Assembly (NCBI GenBank): GCA_050575255.1
Contig: JBNZDD010013686.1
Coordinates: 62,001 to 126,000 of the forward strand
Origin: Harriotta raleighana
Lineage: Eukaryota
Direction: 5' to 3'
DNA length: 64,000 bases
Both the position numbers and the translations under genes were made by a program. The notes beneath the pieces are model-generated. The model did not search any database. It saw only the letters and a list, made by a program, of their open reading frames with translations, and had not been told where the DNA came from. Numbering within the stretch: the stretch's first letter is position 1; each line of letters starts with the position of its first letter. Shown here piece after piece: positions 51,013 through 64,000 of the stretch.

Positions 51013-53889
51013 TCTATCTTTTTAAACTTCTCAATTGACTGCCTGTATCAATTGTCTACTGAGACGATAAGGAACTGCTCCTCGTCTCACTTCTAACCGG
51101 TCCAGCTGCAATTTTAAGACATCTTGATCAGAGGCAAAAAGCACTGGAAGTAATCAAGTTTGGATAAATGACAAAACATTACCACATTGATCTGACAATT
51201 AATCTGAACTCCTATATTGGATTGCTTATGTAGATACATTCATTCATTTATTCATTCATTATCTTTCATATGCCTCCTGTTTAATATGAATGCAAGTATT
51301 ATGAAGTCACGTACCCTGAAAAACAGATATGTTTAGTTTTAACTTTATTATTAAACAACAGGCTATGGAACATGACAAAAATCCTAAGAAGGTTCATGTG
51401 TATATAGAGTTGGAAGAATATGACCAAATGTTTTGCTTTGGTGTTAGACAAACAGGGGTATTGGAATAATCCTTTCAATATCAGTACTGTATACTGTATT
51501 TATATTGAAATAAGCATTTGGCCTTTTACTTGCCTGCCATAGAGTTCCAGTATAAATTGCTACATCAAATCAGAGTGGTTCAGATCTCCATTAAAGTCCT
51601 GGATTGAACGGCGCTCAGTGAAAGAAATCAGATTCTTATAGCTACAATACTCTGAATAAATCTGCAGCATCAACTCTGGCAACTGATTTGCCATAGATAT
51701 GAAAACAGAACCAACTTTTATGAACTTTATTTCTCTTATCATTCACTCTGATCAAAAGAATACTGAATATGGTTGAGTGACCTACAGGGATTTTGAGCTG
51801 ACCAGGAGATTACAATACTTTTGTATTGGAGTACTGTAGCACATCTTGATTGACTTCGAGGGGTGGAATGTGGAAAGCATTTGTAGCATTGTGTCTGATC
51901 ATGGAGAGTTGCTGACAGCCAAGTCTTCAGTTCACTTCCTTTACAGACTGACAGGATTAATGCTGTAAATCTAAAATGTGGCAGGACAAATCTTATCCTC
52001 TGGAAAAAGAAACTTTCACTCTTAATTGTTGTACAGTAATGCACAGGTGAAAGTTGGGCTAGGTACGTGCTTCTGGACAGCATGCTCTCATGTTCCAAAC
52101 AGTGGGGGGCGGGGGCTGAAAAAAAATCTTGAAACCAATGAAAGAATTTAGAATTAAAAACAATTTTAAATGATCATTCTACATCATTCTAACTTCACAA
52201 ATGACATAGTTACCGGTGGTAACCACTCAGGGTGGGACGATTTTCATTATTGGTTCATATTATACAAAGCCCACTCTGTATTGCTGGGAACTGTACAATT
52301 TTAATCTGAGTGTGTTGAATGGCTGCTAGGTCTGATCAGACTGATCGCAATGTGATGTGAATCTTTTGGGTCAGCATCATAATGCCCACTTTAGATCATG
52401 GTGATATGACTGTGCAAGCTCTTTCTGGTTTAATTTCCAACCTTTACATTGTTCCTATGTATCTCCAACCATTGAAAAATGGAATCGAGCGAGCCAGAAA
52501 AGCCAGGAGGAGATGGTTGACCAATGAGCGATTGACATATGTGTAATGGAGCTCATATTATTGGAAACAAAAACACTATGTTGTGTGGGCTTTTTTTCAA
52601 CCAGCTGTTTTGATAAAAATGAAAATGATTTCCATCTGTAGCTACACATTTCCTTCTACACAAGACAGGAAGTGGAGAGATGACAGGAAATGTATTCACA
52701 GATCGGGGATTATGATGTTACTGATAGGAATATTGGGGATGAGCCCTTTTATTTACCTGAACATTCTTTTGTAGCAGTCATACAAAGTGGTTGCAGATGA
52801 AGTTCAACCAAAACAAAGTAGCTTTGGCAAATTATCTCAGTTAGGATTTCACATAAACGTCCAGCCAAATTATAAAAAACATACAGTTAAAGGCAAAAAG
52901 CACAAAAGCATGGATCAATTCTGAAATTAAATTGGGATTTAGCGATGAACATTTATCCCTGAATTATCATCATTAGCTTCTTCCTGTATTGCACAAGACA
53001 GAAATGATTTCAATTAGACAGTTCCGCAAGACTCCCTGCTCATTGCAGTTCAGAGCTGCAAGTGGTCAATATCCACTTTGGGTTGCCATAATACAAAATG
53101 CAGTACAAAATTACATTTGTATACTGCATTGCCTTTCATATTGGAAGGACGTCCCGAGATGCTGACCTTCTGTGTGGGGGTGGTGTGGGAGAGGGTGGAA
53201 GAGAATGGGGTAGTGGAGGGGTGGGGGGGCTGCAGAGGAAAGTGATTATTCTCTCACTTATGGTCTCATCATACATAGTGCAAAGCCGCAGGCTGAGGCT
53301 GGATCACTCCAACCTGCGGTCTGTCCTCTCACACGTTGCAGAATCGTGGTTAGGCTTTCAATCTTCTTCTAAATCAAGTCTGCAGCAGCATCAACTACAA
53401 GAGTTGCTGGCCCCCAAGACAGACCTTCCAGGTTGAAAGGCTATTTCAACTGTGCCTGCTCAGCTGCCAGCATCAGTTCAAAAACCATAGAATCCCAGCG
53501 AGCAAGATGAATATGCTTCTTCTCCTGATTGTCACATCATCTCCCAGGCAGACTTAATAACTAATACGCTGTCACGTTAGTGTTGAATTGGAAAAGCAAA
53601 GTTAGAGTTGCTTGCAGAATCAGAGATTTTGCATTAACATTGGAAAGCTCTGACTTAGTTGTTTTCACCTCAGTAAAAATCCCTAAATACTTCTCTGATC
53701 TCTGGCAAACATCAGGGCTAATTCTATGAGACGACTGTCTCTATTACAGTCTGTTCTGGCTGCAGCTTGTTGTTATGTAATGTAAATACAAAAGAAAGTT
53801 TTATGACGGTGGCAAATCTAAAGCCTGGTCTACACAGGAGACTTTGTCCTGGTAAAAATTCAGGGTAATGTTAGAGATAAACAGCGTAA

Positions 53890-53995
53890 TGTAGGCTGAC
53901 ACTTCAGGGCAGTGCTCAGGAAATACTGCACTGCTGGAGGTACCATCCTTCTGATGAGATATTAAATTAAGACCCTGTGTGTCTGCTCTTGTGGT
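53890..53995 (+). mobile_element. Deu-domain SINE fragment
   Basis: ggctgacacttcagggcagtgctcagg...tgcactgctggaggtaccatccttctgatgagatattaaa. Confidence 0.6.
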
Positions 53996-54557
53996 TTAAG
54001 AAGAAAGGTTGACTGAGATGATCTCAACTTGTGCAGCGAAAGGAGTATTACAGGGCCTCAAAGCTCTGAGCTAAGAAGGGAAAAATAAACAGAGTTCCTT
54101 TCCAATTCAGTTGCTCAGCAAGAAAGTGGATGCTAGGTGAGGGCAGGTATAGGCTTGACAGTGACCACCTCTATGTTCAAATAACCTATCAGTAATCAGA
54201 TTCGCATATGAAAAAAAATTCTCTGTGTGCAAGACAATTGAGGAAGCTGAAGGAAGGGAAGAAAATAAAATAGAAACCAAAGAAGAGGGTAAAGGAAGGG
54301 GAGATAGATTTCTCCACAGTGAGAGTAGAAGAGGGTAGAGCTGCAAAAAAGAAAAAGGAAAAAACACACAGAGAGAAAAGATAAACAGAGCAAGTGGATG
54401 ATTGGAATTGTCTATGTTTTTAACACAATTCTATTGTTTAAAGAAGATATTAAAAATAGTAAGTGTAAGATACGTACAGAAAAATAACAAAAAGGTCAAG
54501 CAAGTAATGCACAGGTGCAAAAGTATTTTCCTGTAACACAAACTATCCAGGCACGTT

Positions 54558-54790
54558 AGGGTGAAACTTTGCGAATTTCCTTTCTCCACACTCTTAATAA
54601 TAATCCCTCTAAAAAACCCACAATAATAAAATTGGTCATTTCAATCCATGACTGTTTATAGGTCACTGCTATGCACAATTGGTTGCCGTATTTCACCCAC
54701 AAATATTCTGTACATTCTGTGAAGTGCTTTTAGACGTCTAAAAAACGTGAAAAGCACCATATAAAAAAATTCAAGGAGTATTATTATTAT
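54558..54790 (+). mobile_element. 5'-truncated tRNA-SINE
   Basis: taataataatccctc...ttggtcatttcaatccatgactgttt...tail. Confidence 0.82.
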
Positions 54791-55810
54791 AAACGGTTAT
54801 GGAAAATATATTTATTATATATTACACATTATTAATGTTCTGTACTAATGTACACATAAACCATGAGTGTACTGTCCCTCAAAATGTCATTACAAAATGT
54901 TTGAAAATGTAAGTTGGTAATGTCATTAAAAACTGCCCTAAAGTCCATGCTCATTGTTTAGTTCTACGAATACTGTAGGGTGTTGGTCTGTTCTGTAATT
55001 AGCATAAATATACCATTCCAGAATGCTCGTCAAGTAAATTCTTGTTCCTGTAGGATCCCACTGCATTATAGATCCATGCTGTAATGGTATTATATGCCTT
55101 GAGGTTTATTTTCCCCAGTTGTAAAAAGATGTGTATCAGATGGAGTCTCTGGTCTCAAAGTGCCACTGGCTAAGTTTGTTTTTTCTTGAGTCACTTGAAC
55201 TGGGTGCCCCAAAGGGCAGTAATCCAACACTGCCCTCAATGCCCCTGCAAGCTGAGTGTCACGAGGCCAGTTTTCTGGCATACGCTTCTCCACACCCACA
55301 CATGTTTGCCAAACCAACACTTAACCTTTTGGACCATAATTTGTTAGCAGAACTCTTAGCAGAGCTGATGGAGTCAGCATGTGATAGATGAGTGCAAGTG
55401 AGGCTTTCAACAGTGCTTGTCTCACCAACAAATAATTAGCATTATCACATTGCAGTGGAATACAAACTGAAAACAGCACTGTGTGGTGGAAACATTAATG
55501 CCCTGTAATAAGAGGATAGATGTACAGTGTGAGATAGACATTAAATATCACATTCATTCTAGTTATTCATGCTTTCTTGATGCTATTACTGAAATCAAAT
55601 TATTTGCTTCAAGTTTTTTTGTGATCATAGGCAAGTGTAGCATCCATAATCTTTTTTGAAAAACAGAATTATGTTTCCTTACACGGCTTGATTCAGACAG
55701 AAATAAAATGACAGATTCTGTAATAAGGCTTTTGGAAAACTTAACAAAACATAGAATATAATTACAAAAGAAAAACATTATGTCTGATCAGAGATGCACA
55801 CTGGGGAAAT

Positions 55811-55890
55811 TCATAGAATCATAGAATTTTACAGCCCAAAAGGAGGCCATTCGGCCCATTGTGTCTGTGCCAGCTCTTTGAAAAGCAATT
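55811..55890 (-). mobile_element. CR1 extreme 3' end
   Basis: (CATAGAAT)2 octamer tail followed by ggaggccattcggcccat. Confidence 0.75.
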
Positions 55891-58111
55891 TTATGCTAAA
55901 CAGAAAAGCAGTCAAGAGCATGTACTCCCAAATGTTTATTTTTTAGCACAGCTTGATGTATAGTATTTCACAAAATGGCTTGGTTTCAAAACATGTAATT
56001 CAATCAAAGGTCTTTTCATTTTAAACCAAATGTTGCTTCAAGTGAGTTTTCTTGATCCTAAGCAATCCTAGCAATGTATTAGGAGGCATTCACTGAAGCT
56101 GGAGGACAAGATGAATTGTTAGAAAGGCATTGAACAATGTTTCACCGCCTTGCGATTCAGGGCCTTGCGATATCCCCCCAACGTGAAAGGCACTCTGTAA
56201 ATGTTGTTTGTTGTTGCAATGTCCTTCAGATGTGAAAGAGGCTCTCCAATGTAATTTTGTTTTCGTTGTTTAATATTTGCTTTTCACTATATCCATCTGC
56301 TAATGCAACCCACTGTCTTATTTGTCTCTTTTACTGCTTGAAAAAACTGGGCTCAGTTGCAGTTATTTACCTTTACTAACACTCTTTCCTGATTAGCAAA
56401 CTAACTGTACAACTGTCCCCCTTTTGTTTTTTCATTCTATTCTAATTATTTTATGCTTATTCACATTGAACTGCATCCGCCATTTTTCAGCACAGCTGAC
56501 AAAAAGAGAGAGTAAATACAAGATACCTTTGCAAATTCAACAGTTTCAACATCTCCTTTCCCATAATCTGCAAGTAAAATAAATTATACTGGCCTTTAAT
56601 ATGGTGCCTTATCAAACTCCCGAAACAACTTAAAGTGGTTGATGGAAATGTACTGTAAAGTACTATGTATTTCTAGTAGCTAACCAAGAAAGGGAAATGG
56701 GGAAGAAAATGTCATACTTGCAAGTTAGAAAGAGTTAACTGGAATAATAAGCATTTTTCCTGATGTTACTGGAGCTTTTCCATGTGTCAGACTCCGAGGT
56801 ATGCGTTTTTTCAGGATCAATTTGCACACACATGCCAGTCAGACAATCCTGTTTTGTGAGCTAATGACATTTCCTAGTGGAACTGCCTGTATTGATTGGC
56901 ATTCTCTCTGTGTTCTGAAAATGTTCCACATCTAATCTGTGGTTTTGAATTTCTCATTTCTGTGCTTCTAAAATGCTTCACAGATTATTTTTAAAAAACG
57001 TAAACAAATAAAAAAAGTTAATAAATTGAAATTGTGGCTGTTGTAATAATGTGGAAATAATCTTTGTTTCATATCTCAAATCTCCTGAACTGCCAGATGG
57101 AATTCTTTATGCTGTGTTTCAATCAGTATCACCTTGAATTGAATGAACTGAATGCACATGGATAACTTGTGAGCCAATTGAATTTGGAGCATCGATTTAT
57201 TTTGTTGCTATTTCTCTGGTGACCTACTCTAGAGTCACAGGTAAATGCCAGTCATACCAGCTTTGGGTTTTCTATCTGTTTGAACTAAATGTACATCTAA
57301 CAAAGCATACCACCACCGCAATGGGCAGAATGGCCTTATTTTGTGCTGAATTTTCTGTGCTTTTATGTTTCTACATCTACCTGTTATTGATAACAGTCAT
57401 GGTGAAATTGACAGCAGTTTTCCGGCATCTCAGCAGGAGGGAAGCATGTTGTGACCCGTGAGGAGTTAAAATGGGAGGGAAAAAACTATATTGTTCCCCC
57501 ATGTTATAATTCGGAAGTTTCCCTCTCTGACTGAGCTAACTCACCTCATAACTAGTGATGTATCATCAAATGTAATAGGCCAGTTGTTGTATTTGACCTT
57601 GAATACGACCCTAGATTGTCATATTCTGTATTACTTGGTTTTGTCTGTTAAATGGAGGTCTCACATCTGCTACTTTAAAGCATGGTCAGGTAAGCATTAA
57701 ATATGATTGATCATTTGAAAAAGAGATAAACATTTCGCTGTTGTAAGTCAATGTGTTCCTAATTTTGACGTTGTCAAGGAATCAATTTTTAATTTCAAAG
57801 CCAATTTACCAGCAAACCTGTTCATATTTAGTGAGACATGCTGTTTTAACTGGAATGTAAGAATCTTCTGTATGAAATAAAAAGCACAGTAGAAACATCA
57901 CCTGCATCAAACAATGTACTTAATATATATGACCTTAATTAAATAAGCATTGTGTAATGGATATTGTGCATTACCTTAACAAGGTTTTAGGGTTGGCAGA
58001 TTTCACCAAGTCCCAAACCATAAAATGGACAGTGCAATGAAATCATGGCTTGAGTTTGTTTCCTTTTCTGCAGGCGAGTTTCATTGAAAACATCAATATG
58101 TAATGTTTGCG

Positions 58112-58555
58112 CAACAACAACAACACAACTTGGATTTATATAACACCCTCCCAAGCCAGACGGCATCTCAGAGCGCTTCACAATAATGGATCCCGGGGCT
58201 GAGCCAGGGGGAGGGGGAAAAAGGTGACTAAAAGCGTGAGCGAAAAGAAAGGTCTTTAGGCATGACCTGAAAATAGGAAAAGAGGTGAAGGGAGTGAGGA
58301 AGGTTCTAGAGCCTTGGGGCATAGTGGCTGAAGGCACAGCCTCCGACGGTGGAACTGAGGATTCAGGGGACAAGGAGGAGGTCAGACCCAGTAGAGCAAA
58401 GACAACGGGTGCTGTTGTGAGGACAGAGGAGGTCAGAGAGGTAGGGGGGTGCAGAGTAGTGGAGGGATTTGAAAACAAGAGTGAGGATTTTGAAATCAAT
58501 CTGCTCCAAGACAAGGAGCCAGTGAAGTCTGGCAAAGACTGGGCTGATTTGGGAG
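58112..58555 (-). mobile_element. L2-clade LINE ORF2 3' end and tail
   Basis: A - strand frame reads LHWLLVLEQIDFKILTLVFKSLHYSAPPYLSDLL...GGCAFSHYAP, the typical L2 ORF2 end; (TTG)n tail. Confidence 0.88.
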
Positions 58556-61500
58556 TGAAGTTTGGTTCACAAGAAGTAACAGTAACTTTTACTTTTTAAG
58601 AAAAAGTAATTTCAGTAGCCAGTTTACATTTGAAACATTCCTGAAATAGATTATCAAAACAATCAGAATGAAATTTTAGATGGGACGTAAACTGACCTTA
58701 CCCTCTGTCAGTATAATTGTTTAATACTGTACATACAAAAGGGTATATACAGTACAAAAAAGAGTGTATACAGATGCATTGTTTGCTTACAATGTTCAGT
58801 TTTATTGGTATGTTGTATCATAACTGGATAGAACACAATTTTATTTTATGCTAGTAGAAATTTTGTAATTTAATCGTTGAATTATGATTTATTTGTATAA
58901 TGCAGTATGCAATCATTCCTGACATACAGGCCAATGATATTACTTCAGGGAAGCATAAGCTGTGAGTGTTTTAGTCGCTGGGACTTTGCTCAAGTGTTGA
59001 TTCCTTCCTCCTGGTTGATCCAAGACTGTGAATGCTGCCAGGTTATGTAACAATGGGGGCATCACATCTGATTGTGTGTGATACCTTACTGGTAGTGTAC
59101 TGAACCCTGGTATTGTACATTACCGGTCATGAAGCAGCGGATGATTTACTGGAACACTCACTGGTAGAATTTTCCAGGTCTCAGCACAAACAGGATACAA
59201 CAACAATAAAATTACATTTATAAAGCGCCTCTCACACCGAGAGGACCTCCCAAGGACCTGAACAGTCAATTAGCTCACTGTCTTTTATATTCAAGCATGT
59301 TATCACTTTCCCCTTTTTATTATGAAATTATTTAGATTTGGTAACAGGCAGAAATCAAATATATATTTTATAACCCTGGATATGTTCACTATTTTAATGA
59401 TGATGAAATTAATTTAGCGTCTAACTTACTTTATATTGCATTTCTATCTCATTCCAAGGGCTTTCTAGGTGGCCCCATATATAACCAGATGAACCATTGT
59501 AATACAACACAAACATAATAAAATGAAAACATACATACTGCTTTCCTTTGGGAGGGGAATAAGGCCCAGATGTGGCCTTAACACCTCCTTTGAATACACA
59601 GGAAGTTTCCCCATGGAAATAGTACATGCAGTTTCTGAACACAAATTATTCTTCAATTTAGCAGCAATATTGAAAGGTCCTAGACTAACCTAAAAAACCT
59701 TTCTACATGACACTCCAGGTTTAGGATGTTATAAGCATTAGATTGATCACAAATAGATTAATAGGATTAAATTACAAAGCAGTATCGAAAAAGGATATCT
59801 GAAGTAATTTATTAATGTGCAACCAAAGCTGTAGCAATATGGAATGTTTTAATAAATCCTGAGATTAGTACCCAATTCTAGTACCACTGTTATTTTGTTC
59901 CCATGTAATACAAAACATGTCGGGCATAATGGATTGGGATTGAACTGATTCCAAGATGACATATCAAGTAGAGAATAGAACTGAATCTATGTTGAGTTAA
60001 ATCTATTGTGGATATAGTGGTCTAACACTAATTCAGCAGTAATTCAAGCTATAATTGATAATTGATCAACCTGACTGACTGGTGAAATAGTTCTCGAGGC
60101 ATTAGAGGTGCCATTTGGAAGAGCAGTGTTTTTTTCTATTCAGTGTCTGACATCCTGGCAAGGTAATGTCCACTGGACAAACAGGAAGGAATAAGAAGCA
60201 TATCAGTATACCTCATATTAGAATCCTGCTTGGTTATGTAGTACTTCTCACCAATAGTTACTGCATACCTTAAAGAGTTGTCAACTGACTTTGATCCCCT
60301 CAAATTAGATTATACTTGAACTCAGTTTTCCAAAGTTCAAAGTTACCATCCACTCCCTCATTTATTTAACCTTTTATGCTCAATCTCATGACCTTGCACT
60401 TTTATAATCACAAAATTGCTTCTGTTTAGCTCTAAACATCTTCAAAGCTAACGGCCAAGAATCTACGCATCGTAGGCCAGAGGGTGTTCGTTTAACTTAT
60501 TTTAAAGTTACTGAAACGATTAAATATAATGATCCGTTATGATCAAATCCAGAGCAACAGAAACCTGACATGTATTCCATGGGTCATACAGCAAAATCGG
60601 TTAAGTGGAACACAACATAAAGAAGCAACAAGAAAAGTAAACAGTTAAAATGAAATGTTGTGCGGTGGTAACAATTTTCAGATGCCCATGAATAAATACA
60701 ACAACTAAATTTCATTTTACTAAAACAAATTCGCTTTGGATTTGAATGAGGGAATGTACATCCTCCTGACAAACAGTGTCGGTTGTCAAGCAATGATATG
60801 AAATTACTCTGGAGTTCAGTGCTAGCAATTTGTCTTATACTCTTTCTGAACACTAAGTTATGATTTCACGTATTTTCCCAATGAAGTCACACCTGCAAGT
60901 TGTCGGCAGCTAGAGTAATGGATTTTGAATGTGTTTTTCCTGAGCATGGTTGCAAGTAAGATCGAGCGAGGTTCATTGCTGGGTGTTGGAGGGCAGGCTG
61001 TATTTCACTATGTGAAGCAACATCTTCCTTCACAGATGTTACTTTCATTATTTCCATGTGATAAAGAATACGGATACCAGATACCCAACAAGCCATAAAC
61101 CTTGAACAAATGGGAGCATATTTGCGGTTGGAGCCAGTAAATGGGGATGGGGGTTTGGGGGAGGGGTTGGGGGTGGGGGGGTGGGGGAGGGGTTGAAACA
61201 AACTTTTTTTTAAATGTGATTTGGGTGACAGATAAATCTAATTTCTTCTAATTGGATGCTCTTTGAATGTATTGCTCGGTATGTTCATTCACATGAACAT
61301 GCAGATGAATGCAGTGTGTCTCTGTGTAATATTAGTAAGTTGGGAGAAACAGCAAAACTGCAGCCCACCCACCACGTTAAGTTTTTGTTAATACTTTACA
61401 GAAACTAAATCCAGACATAGACTTTTGTGTCAACAAACATACTATCCTACTATGGCAGTCAGAAGACACGATGCCGTCTAATGAAGCAGTCTTGAACGTA

Positions 61501-61622
61501 TCCACCGTACCCAGAGCAGAAAGTCCATCATGCACATGTTTCCCCATCACACTCTGCCTGTTCAGCTCAGTCAATGGATAAAGCTACCAATGGTAATAGG
61601 ATTTAGTTGTTTGACAAATTGT

Positions 61623-61653
<31 letters not shown>

Positions 61654-61656
61654 GGC

Positions 61657-61707
61657 NNNNNNNNNNNNNNNNNNNNNNNNNNNNNNNNNNNNNNNNNNNN
61701 NNNNNNN
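61657..61707. other. Assembly gap (N run) between poly-G tracts
   Basis: Run of n; single n also at 17155 and 35620. Confidence 0.99.
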
Positions 61708-64000
61708 GGGGGGGGGGGGGGGGGGGGGGGGACCTTCAGATGTCTCATCGGTTTAGTTGGCATCATTGTTCCAACATTTCTGAAGAACTATTTTGACCCC
61801 TGCAGTGCACACAGATCCAATAATCTCCACTTGATCTAACAAAAACCAGCAGGCTCCATATTCACCTTTGCTTCTTGTCTCCTGTGAAAAATATCGAAAT
61901 GCAATTCAATCTTAATAAATACAGAAGTTGCTCATCAGGCTTGGGTCGGAATTTCTGAAAGATACGTACAAATTAACTGCACAATAGATAGTCTGCCTCA
62001 AACAAGGGATTTGAGACTCCTGAGCATTGAATAACTGTTCTTTGCTCTTCCCGCATTAGCGAAAGATAGAATTAAATGTAGGTACATGATCAAGTTTCAT
62101 TTGTAACCGTAGGTCAGTGATTTCTCCACGAGAATAGTCTGAACCGATTCAATTCTCCCAATCAATTGAATTCTCCAACTTAAATCTGGTCAGAGATGCT
62201 GCTAATGTTGAAAAGCCTAACCGATTCCAGAATACACATTGAACATTTTATCCCAGTTCTGAATGCACACTTTATGGGATTGAACACTCAACACTTGCCA
62301 CAATTTTATTTAAAAATATTTCAATTGGAGTCCATTGAGTTAGTATTGTTTTTTATGGGATTTTTGACAGGTTAGTCACTGAACCAGCTAATCCCACTCT
62401 TCAATTCCGAGTGTCAAACTAGATCGCTGAGCAAATTGAACAGGTATATTGTGTAGCTAGAAATCTATCCACTTTCAGGACATGTCAAATTACAGAATGC
62501 AAATGCTTAAAAGTAAAAATATTAAGTTAGGTTTAACTCCGTGAAAAATATTCTGTACAAATGATACAAAAGGTACAGTATTCATCTTATTATCTTTCCC
62601 TCCCAAAAGGAGGTAGTGCTCTACATATATAAATGAAAACACGTTTTATCAGTGAAGATTGTCATGGCAGTACTAACAATATAGATAATGTGTAGACTTG
62701 TAATTAGATATAAATTATAACATGATTACGGAGTCACTGTTTATTTGCCTATTTTCATGGATTTAAGTCAAAGCCCCATCTTATCACAGACCCTCTATGA
62801 ATCATAAATAACAAAAACAAATTTGGGATCCGCTTCCTTGTTTTTTTTCATTTAAAAAATGCATTTTTCATCATTTTTAACCCCCCTCCCTTTCCCCCAA
62901 TTAACTCAATTTTATCATCCAGATGCAACATTTCACATGTGTGTAATATTGTGCGCATATACATTTTATTGCCAACTGAGTTTAGAACAGGTGAGTTATA
63001 AAGACAGTTTCTGTCTGTTTGTGCAGTAACAGTACTAATTGGATACTGTAACTTAGTACAGTTAAGTAACGCGTTGATGTTGGATTCCTATAACGGTTGG
63101 CAATACTGGTGTTCGCAAACCTGCAATTTCTGGCAGAAATGTACAATGTTTCTAAACTAAAATTTTGCTCAATGTATTGTAGGACAATAGGAAAGCCTCG
63201 TAACCTTTTAAAGCCACGAAGCAGAACTAGGAATGGCAGGATGCTGATAGCTGATAAATGCAAAGAGCTCTCAGATTTACCTTTTGGTGAGGGTGGGAGG
63301 GGTCGGGGTGTGTGGGTGAATCTTCAAATAAGTCTCAATGCAATCCCTATGTGGGGAAAAAAGGAACATTATACTGCAAAAGGAGTTTTCAGTCAGCTGA
63401 GCGTGTGCTGTTCCTTGAAGTGCAAGTGTACTGGCAAAATGAACCTTACAGACCTTTGGACAGTTGCCTGGAAAAGCTCATCACAACCGAGATACAAGGT
63501 CCTACACACAAGTACAATTATTGAAACTCAAGAGACAGTGTACTTTATTTCAAGGCAAAGGTTAACACAGAAGTGGATTGGGAAAAGGATTATTCAACCC
63601 TGAGTATTTTTTGCTAGAGTCACAATCGACATTGACTTTCCCGATGGATCTGTGAGGAACAGTAACACTAGACTCACTTTTAAAACCAATCAACTCCCAT
63701 CATAGTCTAAACTTTGTGATCGTCTCTCTCTCTTTCTCTCTCGCTTGTTGATTCGGATTCCACACAGCAAAACAGGGAACCAACTATTCGTGTTAAACTT
63801 TTAGGAATTTACGTGGGGTTTTTCCTCCCCCCAGAAAAAAAAACCGATTCCAAATATGATATTGCTAAAGCCACCTCTTCCTCGTCGAAATGTGGGGTTC
63901 GAAAAAACATCCAAGTGTTGCACTAAGATTGCGATTTGGGAGAAAGATTCGGAGCACTGCTGGAATCCACACAGAGGGGGTTTGCAAACGGGAAATAAGG

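Noticed and set aside
57987-58599. 182-aa and 104-aa ORFs as host genes
   Set aside because: Alternative frames of an L2 LINE fragment
60584-63603. TBX22 3' exons expected from synteny, and ORFs 60887..61201, 61377..61574 and 63097..63603
   Set aside because: No T-box or recognisable TBX22 sequence in the translations; likely chance ORFs

Overview
Eukaryotic (vertebrate) genomic DNA, AT-rich, with introns and many SINE/LINE remnants. The tRNA-headed, Deu-like SINE family plus CR1/L2 relics suggest a cartilaginous fish, plausibly a chimaera/elephant shark; this is an inference. Two genes are well supported and arranged head-to-head. TENT5D/FAM46D (non-canonical poly(A) polymerase) has a single coding exon at 13529-14704 on the - strand. 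An 8-exon, intron-containing CHMP1B (ESCRT-III, 200 aa) spans 28993-37286 on the + strand; the ORF track misses it, and I reconstructed it exon by exon. This matches the human Xq21 TENT5D-CHMP1B2P-TBX22 neighbourhood, where the intron-containing CHMP1B is a pseudogene. The best observations are: (1) CHMP1B intron 1 looks like a U12 (minor spliceosome) intron; (2) a phase-compatible chain of small - strand exons at 0.4-10 kb that I cannot identify; (3) a 70-bp perfectly paired fold-back in the TENT5D intron; (4) a 31-bp G-rich minisatellite with higher-order periodicity abutting the CHMP1B promoter. The region 38-64 kb contains no recognisable gene. I did not find a convincing wholly new biological system; the unidentified exon chain is the best candidate for something undescribed.
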